From Candidatus Eiseniibacteriota bacterium (GTDB lineage Bacteria > Eisenbacteria > RBG-16-71-46), in NCBI GenBank assembly GCA_963725865.1, contig CAVSAC010000010.1:256001-320000 (forward strand): a DNA stretch of 64,000 nt. The letters are read 5' to 3'. Position numbers and translations under genes: made by a program. Positions within the stretch are counted from its first letter, which is position 1, and each line of letters opens with the position of its first letter. The notes beneath the pieces are model-generated. The model saw only the letters and a program-made list of their open reading frames with translations, made no database searches and was not told where the DNA came from. Shown here piece by piece: positions 10,606 through 22,203 of the stretch.

Positions 10606-11819
10606 CCGTTGCCGCCCGCCACCACGCTGATGAGCTTGAACATCGGCAGGTACATCGCGACCACCATGCCGCCCACGATGCCGCCCATGAGCACGATCAT
10701 GACCGGCTCGATGATGGACGTCAGGGTATCGACCGCGGTGTCGACCTCCGACTCGTAGAACACCGCGATCTTCGTGAGCATCTCGTCCAGCGCGCCGGTC
10801 TGCTCGCCGACCGAGATCATCTGCACGACCATCGGCGGGAACACGCCGGACTGCTTGAGCGGTGCCGACACGGTCTCGCCCTCGCGGATCGACGTACGAG
10901 CCGTCATGATCGCCTCGGCGATGATCTTGTTGCCCGCGGTCCGCGCGGTGATCTCGAGTCCGGAGAGGATCGGCACGCCCGAGGCGATCAGGGTGCCGAG
11001 CGTCCGGGTGAAGCGGGCGACCGCGCCCTTGAGCAGCACGTCGCCGAGCACCGGCATCTTGAGGAGTGCCTGGTCGACGCTGCGCTTGCCGTTCTCCGTG
11101 GCGTAGAAGCGGTTGAACGCGACCACCGCGGCTCCGCACAGCAGCAGGCCCAGCCACCAGAAGGACGACAGCGCGTGCGACATCATGAGGACGATCTTGG
11201 TCGGCAGCGGCAGCTCGCCGCCGAAGTCCGAGAACATCTTCGCGAAGGTCGGGATGATGAAGATGAGCATGAAGGCCGTCGCACCGAGGGCCACGGTGAG
11301 CACGACCACCGGGTACACCATCGCGCTCTGGATCTTGCGCTTGAGGGCGTCGGCCTTCTCGATGTACGTCGCCAGACGCATGAGGATCTCGTCCAGCACG
11401 CCGCCCGCCTCGCCGGCGGCGACCATGTTGCGGAACAGGTCGTCGAACACCTCCCGGTGCTTGCCGAGCGCGTCCGACAGCGTCGAGCCGGCCTCGACCT
11501 CGCGGGTGACCTCCGCGATGACGCGCCCGAACGACGGCTTGCTCGACTGCTTCGCGAGGATGTCCAGGCACTGGACGAGCGGCAGGCCGGCCGAGATCAT
11601 CGTCGCGAACTGGCGCGTGAAGATCGCGAGGTCCTTGGTGCTGACCCCACCGCCGCCGAACTTCGGCAATACGAAGCCGCCCGACTTCGGCCGCAGCGAG
11701 GTGACCAGGATCCTCCGCTTGCGCAGCGCGTCGAGGGCCTCCTCCTGGCGCCCGACCTCGATCTCGCCCATCTGGGCCTCGCCCGCGAGCGTCCGTCCCT
11801 TCCACACAAAGATCGCCAT
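10602..11819 (-). CDS. pilC: Type IV pilus platform protein PilC (GspF family)
   Basis: FTRQFATMISAGLPL, AGEAGGVLD, VGEQTGALD, IEPVMI, AMYLPMF. Confidence 0.95.
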   Translation of the reverse strand: MAIFVWKGRTLAGEAQMGEIEVGRQEEALDALRKRRILVTSLRPKSGGFVLPKFGGGGVSTKDLAIFTRQFATMISAGLPLVQCLDILAKQSSKPSFGRVIAEVTREVEAGSTLSDALGKHREVFDDLFRNMVAAGEAGGVLDEILMRLATYIEKADALKRKIQSAMVYPVVVLTVALGATAFMLIFIIPTFAKMFSDFGGELPLPTKIVLMMSHALSSFWWLGLLLCGAAVVAFNRFYATENGKRSVDQALLKMPVLGDVLLKGAVARFTRTLGTLIASGVPILSGLEITARTAGNKIIAEAIMTARTSIREGETVSAPLKQSGVFPPMVVQMISVGEQTGALDEMLTKIAVFYESEVDTAVDTLTSIIEPVMIVLMGGIVGGMVVAMYLPMFKLISVVAGGNG

Positions 11820-11830
11820 GGTGTCGTCTC

Positions 11831-12908
11831 CTACGCGGCGGTCCGGAGGACCTTGCCGAGCATGCCTTCCAGCTCGACGCGATCCATCGACCGTTCGAGG
11901 GCGTCCTCGGAGGTGAGCTGTTTGTCCAGCACCGCCTGTAGGAGCGCCTGGTTCATCGTCTGCATGCCGAACTTCTGCCCGGCCTGCATGAGGCTGTAGA
12001 TCTGGTGGGTCTTGCTCTCGCGGATGACGGCCTTGATCGCGGGCGTGCACACCAGGACCTCGGCGCACATCACCCGCCCCGTGCCGCGGCTGCGCGGGAT
12101 GAGCTGCTGCGTCACGACGCCCTCCAGCACGAAGGCGAGCTGCGTGTAGATCTGCCGCTGCTGGTCGGCCGGGAACACGTCAACGATGCGGTTGACCGCC
12201 TCGTACGTGGAGTTGGTGTGGAGCGTGGCGAACACCAGGTGGCCGGTCTCGGCGATCGTGATCGCCGCCTCGATCGTCTCGAGGTCGCGCATCTCACCGA
12301 TCAGGATGACGTCGGGGTCCTGGCGCAGCACGTACTTCAGGGCGGCCGGGAACGAGGCCGTATCCGCGCCCACCTCGCGCTGATTCACGATCGACTTCTT
12401 GTGGTGGTGGATGTACTCGATTGGGTCCTCGATCGTCATGATGTGCGACTGACGGTTCGAGTTGATCCGGTCGATCATCGACGCCAGCGTGGTCGACTTG
12501 CCGCTCCCGGTCGGGCCCGGTCAGCAGGATCAGTCCCTTGTGGCGATTCGTGAAGTCGCGCACGATGGGAGGCAGGCCGAGCTTCTCCATCGCGAGGATC
12601 TCGTAGGGGATCTGCCGGATCGCCATCGAGATCACGCCGCGCTGGAGGAACGTGTTCGCGCGGAAGCGCGACAGCCCCTTCACGCCGAACGAGAAGTCGA
12701 GCTCCTTGGTGGTCTCGAAGCGCTTGCGCTGCTCGTCGGACAACACGCTGTAGGCCAGCTGCGCGGTCATCTCGGGCGTCAGCACGTCGTATTCGCTCGG
12801 AGTGATCGACCCGTCGACGCGGAACTCCGGCGGCACACCGGCGGTGATGTGCAGATCCGATGCCTTCTTCTGCACCATGTCCTCGAGCAGTTGTCGCAGC
12901 GTCACCAC
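11831..12908 (-). CDS. pilT: Pilus retraction ATPase PilT, one-base frameshift in Walker A near 12515
   Basis: ASDLHITAG N-half and TIEDPIEY/LRQDPD/AETGHLVFATLHT C-half in different frames; ACCGGGCCCGACCGGG has one extra base relative to TGPTGSGKST. Confidence 0.92.
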
Positions 12909-12956
12909 GTGAGCGTCCTCCGAATGGGGCGGCCGAGCCGCCGGGGGTCCTTCCTC

Positions 12957-14651
<1,695 letters not shown>

Positions 14652-14807
14652 GTCGTCCCGTTGGTGGGCGCCGGAGTCGCGCCCCGCGTCATGCGGGGCT
14701 GGGGCATGCACACGGATGAGCCGCGGCCACTCACGCACGAAACATGCCGTGCGGAACGCCTGTCCTGGGATGGCATCAGGCAGCGTGAGAGACCGAACCC
14801 ACGCGGT

Positions 14808-14835
14808 TCATCGGCACCGACGGGGTCACTCCTGA
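14808..14835 (-). promoter_or_regulatory. sigma28-like promoter upstream of pilB
   Basis: Minus strand TCAGG-N15-GCCGATGA. Confidence 0.55.
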
Positions 14836-14896
14836 AGCGGAATCTGCACGTCCGCCGGGCCGGGCTCCGTGCACGATGCAGCGGCGCGGGCGATGT

Positions 14897-15319
14897 TCAG
14901 GGGCGTGTAAGTCCCACCGTGACGCGCTCCCGCAGGCGCTCCATCAGCCGCGGACCGATGCCGCGAACCGCCCGCAGCTCCTCGACCTGCAGGAACGGGC
15001 CGTGCGCGCTGCGATGGGCGACGATGCGGGCGGCCAGCACGGGCCCCACGCCGGGCAGGGCGTCCAGCTCGCCGACCGAGGCGCGGTTGAGGTCCACGCG
15101 GAAGACGGGTGGCGACCCCGGGTCCGCCGCGATTCGCCCGCTGTCGGCGGGCGCGGGCTCATCCGGCGTGCTCGCCGCTGGCGCCGGCGGCGGCGCGGAC
15201 GTGGCCGGCGGATCCGTGCGGGGGTGACGGGCGCACCAGAGGTCCCAGCCCGTCCCCAGCGCCAGCAGCAGCACGAACACCAGCGCGCCCCGGCGCTCCG
15301 CGGGCGTCAACGCGAACAC
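14897..15319 (-). CDS. comEA: ComEA-family helix-hairpin-helix DNA-binding protein
   Basis: TM anchor, then VDLNRAS..ELDALPGVGPVLAARIVAHR..HGPF..VEELRAVRGIG. Confidence 0.88.
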   Translation of the reverse strand: MFALTPAERRGALVFVLLLALGTGWDLWCARHPRTDPPATSAPPPAPAASTPDEPAPADSGRIAADPGSPPVFRVDLNRASVGELDALPGVGPVLAARIVAHRSAHGPFLQVEELRAVRGIGPRLMERLRERVTVGLTRP

Positions 15320-15354
15320 AGTCGGCCCTCCGCGGGGGCGGTGGACCGGGGGTC

Positions 15355-17136
15355 TCAGTCGGCCAGCGCCCAGCTCAGCGCGAAGCGGATCTCGCGCCCT
15401 CCGCCCAGCGCGGGCGCGCCGGTCACCGGGTCGATCCACGGCTCGCGGCGCCGCTCGGCTTCGAGGTTGCGCGCACGCACCGTCACCGTCGCATCCGCCA
15501 GCCGCAGAGCGACGGTCGCGCCACTCGTGACGTAGCCCGGCAGGCGCAGGGCCGGGTCGCCGTCCACCGAACGCGGTCCCTCGCCCGCGAGCTCCGCCCG
15601 CAGGAGCACCAGCAGGTCACCCTCGAACAGCCGCGCCCGCAGTCCCGCGTGCGCGCGGAAGCCGTGAGCCGGGTCCGGCGAACGCTCGCCATCGCGCTGG
15701 ACCAGCGCGAAGCCCTCGACCTCCGCGTCGAGGCGACGGCCCGCGAGCCGCACCGCGGCGGTGGTGAGCGCGAACGGCGCGCGTTCGCGCTCGCGGCTCA
15801 CCCCGGCGCGCAGCCACGCCTCGGTGATCGGCGAGCGCGACACCAGTGCACGGTCGCGCGTCACGCCGCCCGCGAACGCGAGCCGCGCCTGCAGCACGCC
15901 CTCGCCCGCCGCGACATCCAGGCCCCCTGCCCAGGTGCGTTGCAGGAAGGCGTCGACGCCGGGAGCACGGTCCGCCCACACCGGCGCGACCAGGCGCGCC
16001 ACCGACGCGCTGCTTCGCGTTCCGACGGCGCTGAAGCGATACACCGCGGCGGGCGCCAGCTGCCAGCCGCCCGTGCGATCGTGGTGCCCGAGTCCGAGCG
16101 TGGCGTCGAGCGCGCCGCCGCCGAGCGGGCGCTGGGCGCGGAGCGCGGCCCACGCCTCCTCCGCGCGCCGGTCGAACGCGTCCGCGTAGGCGCGGCGCAC
16201 GCGCGCGCGGTTCCAGCGCAGCGTCGCGTCCAGGAGCGTGCTGTCGACGCGCGTGCCGGCCGTGACGGTGACGCGGTTCTCGGCCGCGTCGCGCCGCGAG
16301 TACGCCATCAGTCCGCCGTAGCTCTCGCGCCCGTCGTAGCCACGCTCGAGCTTCGCGGCGGCGTGCCGCACGCCCGCGCTCCAGCGCCAACCGAGCTGAC
16401 CCGCCTCGCCCTTGCCGAACTCCGACTGGCCGAGCGAGGTGAGCTGCTGCGCCATCCCGCGCTGCACGTAGGCCGCCTCGAAGCGGTGCGGCCCGCGCAC
16501 GGTGCGCCCGCTGAGCCCCCACAGGTGGCGGCCCGCATCGCCGAGCGATCCGAACGCGCCGCGATTCCCCGCCGCCACCTCGGCCCGCAGGCCGCGATCG
16601 GCATCGCCGCGCTCGGCCAGCAACGTGGTCTCCTCCACGCCGCCGTCGCCGCTGGTGTACCCGAACACGGCCCGCGCACGACGCGCGCCGGGCAGAGTGC
16701 GCGTCGCGCTCACGCGCGCGAGCGCGTCCGCGCCCCCGCCGGCCGGCACGACCCGCACAGCGAGGGAGTCGAACCACGCGAGCGGCCGCGGATCGGCGCT
16801 CAACCCGGGCCACGGACTGCGGGGCGCGGCGCGCCCGTCGTCCGCCACCGTCACGCCGCCGACCACGAGGCCGGCGAAGACGGACGGGAATCCCGCGCCG
16901 CGCCAGCCACTGGGCGTGGCGCCGAAGCGTCCGGGCTCCGCCCACCAGGCGTCGGCCGACGGCAGCGCGGCCGCGCGCAGCGCCTCGCCGTCGGCGTCCG
17001 GGGCCGTGCCAGCGCGCGCGGGGAGCGCGCCCGCCCCCGAGGTCAGGACGAGAGCCGCGAGCGATAGTGCGCGAAGACGCGCACGAGCGGCGTGCCGAGC
17101 GCCACGAACAGCACGACGTTCCACCCGATGTGCCAT
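15355..17136 (-). CDS. Outer-membrane beta-barrel protein (TonB-dependent receptor-like or putative porin)
   Basis: Signal-like LSLAALVLTSGAGA, amphipathic strands, late LPGYVT..A...NL and terminal EIRFALSW; start uncertain. Confidence 0.55.
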   Translation of the reverse strand: MAHRVERRAVRGARHAARARLRALSLAALVLTSGAGALPARAGTAPDADGEALRAAALPSADAWWAEPGRFGATPSGWRGAGFPSVFAGLVVGGVTVADDGRAAPRSPWPGLSADPRPLAWFDSLAVRVVPAGGGADALARVSATRTLPGARRARAVFGYTSGDGGVEETTLLAERGDADRGLRAEVAAGNRGAFGSLGDAGRHLWGLSGRTVRGPHRFEAAYVQRGMAQQLTSLGQSEFGKGEAGQLGWRWSAGVRHAAAKLERGYDGRESYGGLMAYSRRDAAENRVTVTAGTRVDSTLLDATLRWNRARVRRAYADAFDRRAEEAWAALRAQRPLGGGALDATLGLGHHDRTGGWQLAPAAVYRFSAVGTRSSASVARLVAPVWADRAPGVDAFLQRTWAGGLDVAAGEGVLQARLAFAGGVTRDRALVSRSPITEAWLRAGVSRERERAPFALTTAAVRLAGRRLDAEVEGFALVQRDGERSPDPAHGFRAHAGLRARLFEGDLLVLLRAELAGEGPRSVDGDPALRLPGYVTSGATVALRLADATVTVRARNLEAERRREPWIDPVTGAPALGGGREIRFALSWALAD

Positions 17137-17582
17137 AGGGCGAACGGAATCCCTCCGAGGAGCGTGACCTTCATCTGTCCGAACACCACCCCGGTCGCCA
17201 GATTCGTGACCAGGTCGAAGAGCGCGGTGAGGACCACTGCGAGCGTCCCCATGGCGATCACGCGGGCCGCCCCCGGCGCCCGCACCAGCCCGAGCGCGGC
17301 GCTGATGCCGCCGGCCGCGCCCGCGCATACCTCGCCCGCCACCTGCGCCGCGGTGACCAGCGGATGCACGGGACCGTACGGGTTCAGGAGCGAGAACACC
17401 AACATCGTGAGGCCGCCCACCAGGACGCCGCCGCGCACGCCCAGGAGCACCCCCGACAGGAACACCACGAGGGTGAGCACCTCGAAGTTGGGGATGGTCT
17501 CGGCGTACACGCCGGTGAGCCCGGCCGCCACCATGAGGGCGGCGTACGAGAGCCGGCGCGTGGACTGGCTCGCGGAAGCGAT
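17043..17582 (-). CDS. ECF transporter S component (CbrT-like)
   Basis: ~6 TMs, IPNFEVLT..VFLSG motif, LNPYG; first ATG at 17534, possible ATC start at 17582. Confidence 0.75.
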   Translation of the reverse strand: MASASQSTRRLSYAALMVAAGLTGVYAETIPNFEVLTLVVFLSGVLLGVRGGVLVGGLTMLVFSLLNPYGPVHPLVTAAQVAGEVCAGAAGGISAALGLVRAPGAARVIAMGTLAVVLTALFDLVTNLATGVVFGQMKVTLLGGIPFALWHIGWNVVLFVALGTPLVRVFAHYRSRLSS

Positions 17583-17624
17583 GGCGCGTGGTCTCCGGAG
17601 GGCGGGCGTCGAGGAGCGTGCGGC

Positions 17625-17654
17625 AGGTTAGCCGCGTCCCGCGGCGGGAGTCAA
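17625..17654 (-). promoter_or_regulatory. sigma70-type promoter of the ECF S gene
   Basis: TTGACT-N18-TAACCT. Confidence 0.55.
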
Positions 17655-17664
17655 CGCCCGCGCG

Positions 17665-18510
17665 TCAGCCGGCGACGCCGGCCGCGTGCTTGAGGTGGGT
17701 GAGCACGCTCGCCGGCACCGGCAGCTCCCCGAGGTCGAGGCTACGGCCGGGGCCGTGGAAGTCCGAGCCGCCGGTGGCGAGCAGCCCGAGCCGCTGCGCC
17801 AGCGTCCGGTAGCGGCGAGTGAGCGCTGGCCCATGCTGCGGGTGCCACACCTCGATGCCGCGCAGGCCCTGGCCGGCGAGCCGCTCGATCAGCGCGTCCC
17901 CGACGGCGACGCCCGGGTGGGCCAGCACGCTCACGCCGCCGGCGGCATGGATGAGACTGATCGCCTCCTCGGGGCGGAACGCGGGCCGCGGAACGAACGC
18001 CTCGCCGCGCGCGCCGAGGAAGCGCTTGAACGCCTCGTCGAAGGTGACCACGTGACCGGCGCGCATGAGCGCATCGGCGAGATGCGGGCGGCCCACCACG
18101 CCGGGCGTCGCGCGCTCGAGGATGTCGGCGACGTCGACCGGCACGCCGAGCACCTCGAGCCGCTCGGCGATCGCCTCCGCGCGCTGCACCCGCTCCTCGC
18201 GGAAGTGCACGAGGCGCTCGCGCAGCAGCGGATCGTCGCCGTCGACGAAGAAGCCGAGGATGTGCAGGTCCAGCCCATCGGACAGCGAGGAGATCTCGAT
18301 CCCGGGCACCACCTCGATCGAGGCGCCCGCCGCGACGCGCGCGCGCGCGATGCCGTCGACGGAGTCGTGATCGGTGACCGCCACCGCGGCCAGCCCGCGG
18401 TCGCGGGCGCGCGCGACCAGGTCCTCGGGTGTCAGCAATCCGTCGCTGAAGATCGTGTGCGCGTGCAGGTCGACCCGCCGACCGCCCTCTCGCGCGGGCG
18501 GCCGGTGCAT
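17665..18510 (-). CDS. PHP-domain metal-dependent hydrolase (TrpH/YciV-like)
   Basis: DLHAHT..SDG, AVTDHD, GIEIS, LAHP, GGSDFHG. Confidence 0.92.
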   Translation of the reverse strand: MHRPPAREGGRRVDLHAHTIFSDGLLTPEDLVARARDRGLAAVAVTDHDSVDGIARARVAAGASIEVVPGIEISSLSDGLDLHILGFFVDGDDPLLRERLVHFREERVQRAEAIAERLEVLGVPVDVADILERATPGVVGRPHLADALMRAGHVVTFDEAFKRFLGARGEAFVPRPAFRPEEAISLIHAAGGVSVLAHPGVAVGDALIERLAGQGLRGIEVWHPQHGPALTRRYRTLAQRLGLLATGGSDFHGPGRSLDLGELPVPASVLTHLKHAAGVAG

Positions 18511-20501
18511 CAGAGATTCTCCAGCGTCTTGCGGAGGACGCGGATCTTCTGCGCCACGTCGGGGAAGGAGGGTTGGGCCGCGTAGACGCGCTCGAACTCA
18601 TCGAGCGCCTCCTGCATGCGGCCGGCGGCCTCGTGCGAGAGGCCCAGCAGGAATCGCAGGCTCACCTGGTGCACGGCGTCGGTGGCCGGATCGGCGAGCG
18701 CCTCCTCGAACGCCTGGGTGGCATCGTCGAAGCACCCCTGATCGAGCAGACAGCGCCCGATCATCTCCACCACGCGCTCGCGATACGCGGGGTCCTGCCC
18801 CGCGATCCGGAACGAATCCACCGCCTGCTCGAGCAGCCCCATCTCGCGGTACGCCATGCCCAGATCGTAGTGGCTCTGGGCGTCGCCGGAAAGCTGCGCC
18901 TCCACGCCCTTCTGGAATTCCCCGATCAACGCGCCCAGGTCGAACGTCACGGCCTCGCCGCGACCGACCGCGACCTCGACGCGCCCCGCTTCGGGCATGC
19001 CGGTCCCGCTCGGGGCGGCCTTCTCGGGGGCCGCGCTGGCGGGCGCCTCGCTCTCCTCGACCGCGGGCTCGGCCGGCGCCGCCGTCAGCGTGGCCACGCC
19101 CGTCCGAGCGCCCGCCGGCGCCAGCTTCTGCAGCCGCCGGCGGGCGAGCTCGTTGTCGCCGTCCAGCGCGCGCGCGCGCTCGAACCAGCCGAGCGCGTCG
19201 CTGCCATCGCCGTCGTTCAGGGCGCGGTCGCCGAGCTCGCAGGCCACCTGCGCCGCCTCGGCATGATCGCCGCGACGCTCGCAGTTGCCGAACCACAGCA
19301 GCAGCACGTCGTGGGTCGCGTGCGCGCTCTTGCCGAGGCTGCGATAGATGGTGGCAGCGCTGTCGAGCCGCCCGATCGCTTCGTACGCCCGCGCGGCGCC
19401 CGCCAGGGAATGGCTGGCCGCCTCGCGCTCGCCGGCCCGAAACGACTCCTGCGCCTGCGCGAGCAGGTGCTCGACCCGCGCCAGGCTCGGCGGCTCCTCG
19501 TCGCCGTCGGCGGGCGGGCTCGGCGCGGCGCCGAACGCGAGACCCGGAGCCTCCGGAGTGGCCCCCGCCGGAGCTCGGCCGTTGACGCCCGCGGCGGCGG
19601 CGGCCGCGCCCGGCTCGTCATCCTCGGACACGGCGATCGGAAGCCGCGGCGGACCCAGCGGGATCGCCGGGGTACTCGGCCGCTCGGTCGCCACGCGCGG
19701 CCCATCGACCTCCTCGCGGTGGCCGGTGCGCAGCGTCGGCGGCGCGGCCGCGCCCTCGTCGCGCATCGCCCCCCCGACGTGCATGTGGCTGTCGATCTCG
19801 AGCGGAGCGTGCGGATCGCGGCTCGTGGTCGGCGAGGGCACCGCGAGGGTGGCCACCTCGGGCGGTGCCGCGGCCGCGGCGTCCGATTCGCCGGCGGCGG
19901 GCGTGAATCCCGGCATCACCTGCTGGGCGCGGCGGCGGCAGCGGTCGGCGTCCGGGAGCTGACCGGCGCGATCGTAGAGCCGGCTCGCCTCGTGGAGCAC
20001 GCGGGCCGCCTCCTCGCGCTGGCCCAGCATCGCACGGGCCTCTCCCAGCTTCTCGAGCGCCTTGAGATTGTCGGGCGCGACCGCGAACGCCTTCTCGAGC
20101 GCACCGATCGCGCGCTCGATCTCGTTCTCCGCCACCAGCAGGTCCGCGTACTGCATCGAGTAGAGCCCCGCCTCGGTCGCGAGGCCGTCGAGCTGATGCA
20201 GGTTCGCCAGTCGCTCGAGCACCTCCATCGGTGCGAGCGAGAGACGCATCATCTTCTTGCAGACCGCGATCGCGTTCTTGTAGAGACCGTTGTGCTCGTA
20301 GGCGGTCGCCGCGGCGAGATAGCGCTGCGACGCCCCGCCGGTCTCCCCCTTCTTGTACAGAAGGTCGGCGAGGAGCACGAAGTTGTAGGGATCCGAGTCC
20401 TGTGCAGCGACGAGCTTCTCGTACTCGGACAGCGCTCCGTCCAAGTCACCGTTCTGGACGCATCGCTGAGCCCGTCGCTTGATCTCGATCGCCTTTTCCA
20501 A
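18510..20501 (-). CDS. Large TPR protein, SgmX-like
   Basis: N-terminal TPRs (AIAVCKKMM), long low-complexity linker, C-terminal DAQSHYDLGMAYREMGLL and FPDVAQKI; likely TTG start at 20501. Confidence 0.75.
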   Translation of the reverse strand: MEKAIEIKRRAQRCVQNGDLDGALSEYEKLVAAQDSDPYNFVLLADLLYKKGETGGASQRYLAAATAYEHNGLYKNAIAVCKKMMRLSLAPMEVLERLANLHQLDGLATEAGLYSMQYADLLVAENEIERAIGALEKAFAVAPDNLKALEKLGEARAMLGQREEAARVLHEASRLYDRAGQLPDADRCRRRAQQVMPGFTPAAGESDAAAAAPPEVATLAVPSPTTSRDPHAPLEIDSHMHVGGAMRDEGAAAPPTLRTGHREEVDGPRVATERPSTPAIPLGPPRLPIAVSEDDEPGAAAAAAGVNGRAPAGATPEAPGLAFGAAPSPPADGDEEPPSLARVEHLLAQAQESFRAGEREAASHSLAGAARAYEAIGRLDSAATIYRSLGKSAHATHDVLLLWFGNCERRGDHAEAAQVACELGDRALNDGDGSDALGWFERARALDGDNELARRRLQKLAPAGARTGVATLTAAPAEPAVEESEAPASAAPEKAAPSGTGMPEAGRVEVAVGRGEAVTFDLGALIGEFQKGVEAQLSGDAQSHYDLGMAYREMGLLEQAVDSFRIAGQDPAYRERVVEMIGRCLLDQGCFDDATQAFEEALADPATDAVHQVSLRFLLGLSHEAAGRMQEALDEFERVYAAQPSFPDVAQKIRVLRKTLENL

Positions 20502-20562
20502 GTTGGCTCGTCTCCGCGGGGCGCGCGCCGGGCGACGCCTCACCCCGGCTCCGTCGTCCCTG

Positions 20563-22095
20563 TCAGGCGCTCAAGGCTGCTTGCACGGCCTCGCGACAGC
20601 GGTTGCGGCCACTGTCCACCTCCGCGCGAAGGTCGTGCAGACGCATCTCCACGCCGGTCTTATCGGCCGAGGGCGCCAGCGACTTCAGGTTGATTTGCAC
20701 GTTCAGCAGGGCCCCTTCGGCCGCCGCCGCGGCCAGCAGCCCGGCCACCCCCGCGTCGCTGGCGGCGTTCACATTCCCCTGGCGGGCCGCCCGTTCCGCC
20801 AGCTCGAGCACCTTCAAACAGGCCTCGGCCGTCTGCAGCGGGACGCGGGTCGCATCGAGCTCCGCGGTCGCGAGCGCCGTCTCCCGTTCGGCCTGTTCAG
20901 CCGGGCTGCCCTGGGGCATCCGGCGCGCCTTGAGGACGGCGTCGAACGCCTCGCTGTCCCGACGCGCGAGGCCGAGCAGGGCGCGCTGACCCTCCGCGGC
21001 CTCCCGCTTGATGAGGCGCATCGCCTCCTCGGCCGCGGCGTACTTCTTCTTTCCCAGGGTGAGGTTGGCCACCATGGTGGCCAGCGCGGCCCCCAGCGCT
21101 CCCGCCACCGCCGACACCGTGCCCCCTCCGGGCGTCGGGGTCGGGCCCGCCACCTGCTCGAGGAACCCGCCCAGCGTCACCGCCCCGGTCAACGGGGGCG
21201 TGCGCAGCCGCAGCTCGAGCACCTGGTCGCGCCGGAAGCCCTCGAGCTGCAGGGCGTGCTCCGCGGCGTCGAGCAGGGCGTACTCGGGAACCAGCCCGAC
21301 CACTTCGCAGCCCGCGATCGCCGCCCCGCGGCGCGCCGCCTCGTCGCGCACCAGCGCCAGCACGCGGTGGATCGGCGTGGCCTCGGTGTTCACCAGGTTC
21401 ATGCTCACCTGCGCGCGCCTCCCCCCCTCGATCGAGAAGCCGAGCGCGCGCACGTTCTTGAGCCCGCCGCTCTGCTCGCGGATTGCGTTCGCGACCGCCT
21501 TCGCCACCCGCACGTCGCCGGTGTTGAGGTTGGCGTTGAACGCCACCAGGAAGCGCCGCGCGCCGACCGCGGTCGCGCCGGCAGTGGCGTGGATGTGCGC
21601 GGGACCGAAGTCGGGCGCCCGCTTGGGGTCCTTGCCGATCAGCTCGCGCAGGCCCTCGAACTCGCCGCGCCGCACGTCGGCGAGGCTGGTGCGCGCGGGG
21701 CTCGTCGCCGCGGCCTCGTAGAGGAACACCGGGATGCCGGCCTCCTCTCCGATGCGCCGACCCACCACGCGCGCCATCTCGGCGCAGTCCTCGAGCGTCA
21801 CGTTCTCGATCGGCACGAACGGCACCACGTCGGTCGCTCCCATGCGCGGGTGCTGGCCGGTGTGCTGGTTCAGGTCGATCAGCTCCGCCGCGCGCTTCAC
21901 CACCCGCACCGCGGCCTCCATCACCGGCTCCGGCTCGCCCGCGAACGTGAGCACGCAGCGGTTGTGGTCGGGATCCATCTCGCTGTCGAGCACCATCGCA
22001 CCCGGCACGGACGCGACGGTCTCGATCAGCGCTTCCACCACCTCGGGGCGGCGGCCTTCGGAGAAGTTGGGGACGCATTCGACGAGCTTGGGCAT
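20563..22095 (-). CDS. ftcd: Fused glutamate formimidoyltransferase / formiminotetrahydrofolate cyclodeaminase
   Basis: LVECVPNFSEGR, HPRMGATDVVPF, C-terminal PTPGGG and GNVNAASD. Confidence 0.93.
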   Translation of the reverse strand: MPKLVECVPNFSEGRRPEVVEALIETVASVPGAMVLDSEMDPDHNRCVLTFAGEPEPVMEAAVRVVKRAAELIDLNQHTGQHPRMGATDVVPFVPIENVTLEDCAEMARVVGRRIGEEAGIPVFLYEAAATSPARTSLADVRRGEFEGLRELIGKDPKRAPDFGPAHIHATAGATAVGARRFLVAFNANLNTGDVRVAKAVANAIREQSGGLKNVRALGFSIEGGRRAQVSMNLVNTEATPIHRVLALVRDEAARRGAAIAGCEVVGLVPEYALLDAAEHALQLEGFRRDQVLELRLRTPPLTGAVTLGGFLEQVAGPTPTPGGGTVSAVAGALGAALATMVANLTLGKKKYAAAEEAMRLIKREAAEGQRALLGLARRDSEAFDAVLKARRMPQGSPAEQAERETALATAELDATRVPLQTAEACLKVLELAERAARQGNVNAASDAGVAGLLAAAAAEGALLNVQINLKSLAPSADKTGVEMRLHDLRAEVDSGRNRCREAVQAALSA

Positions 22096-22203
22096 GACGG
22101 ACGGGGTCTCCTTGGGATCAGGATGGCCGGTGGATCCACGCGGCGGATGGAAGTCGGCCCACGGAGCGCGGGCGCCGGTGAGGCACCACCGGCAGGGCGC
22201 CGC

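Noticed and set aside
14734..14749. sigma54-like CGGCAT-N5-GTGCG upstream of pilB
   Set aside because: Correct spacing but several mismatches; the sigma28-like element is a better match.
17583..17664. Cobalamin riboswitch upstream of the ECF S gene
   Set aside because: Only ~80 bp, occupied by a promoter; no B12-box.
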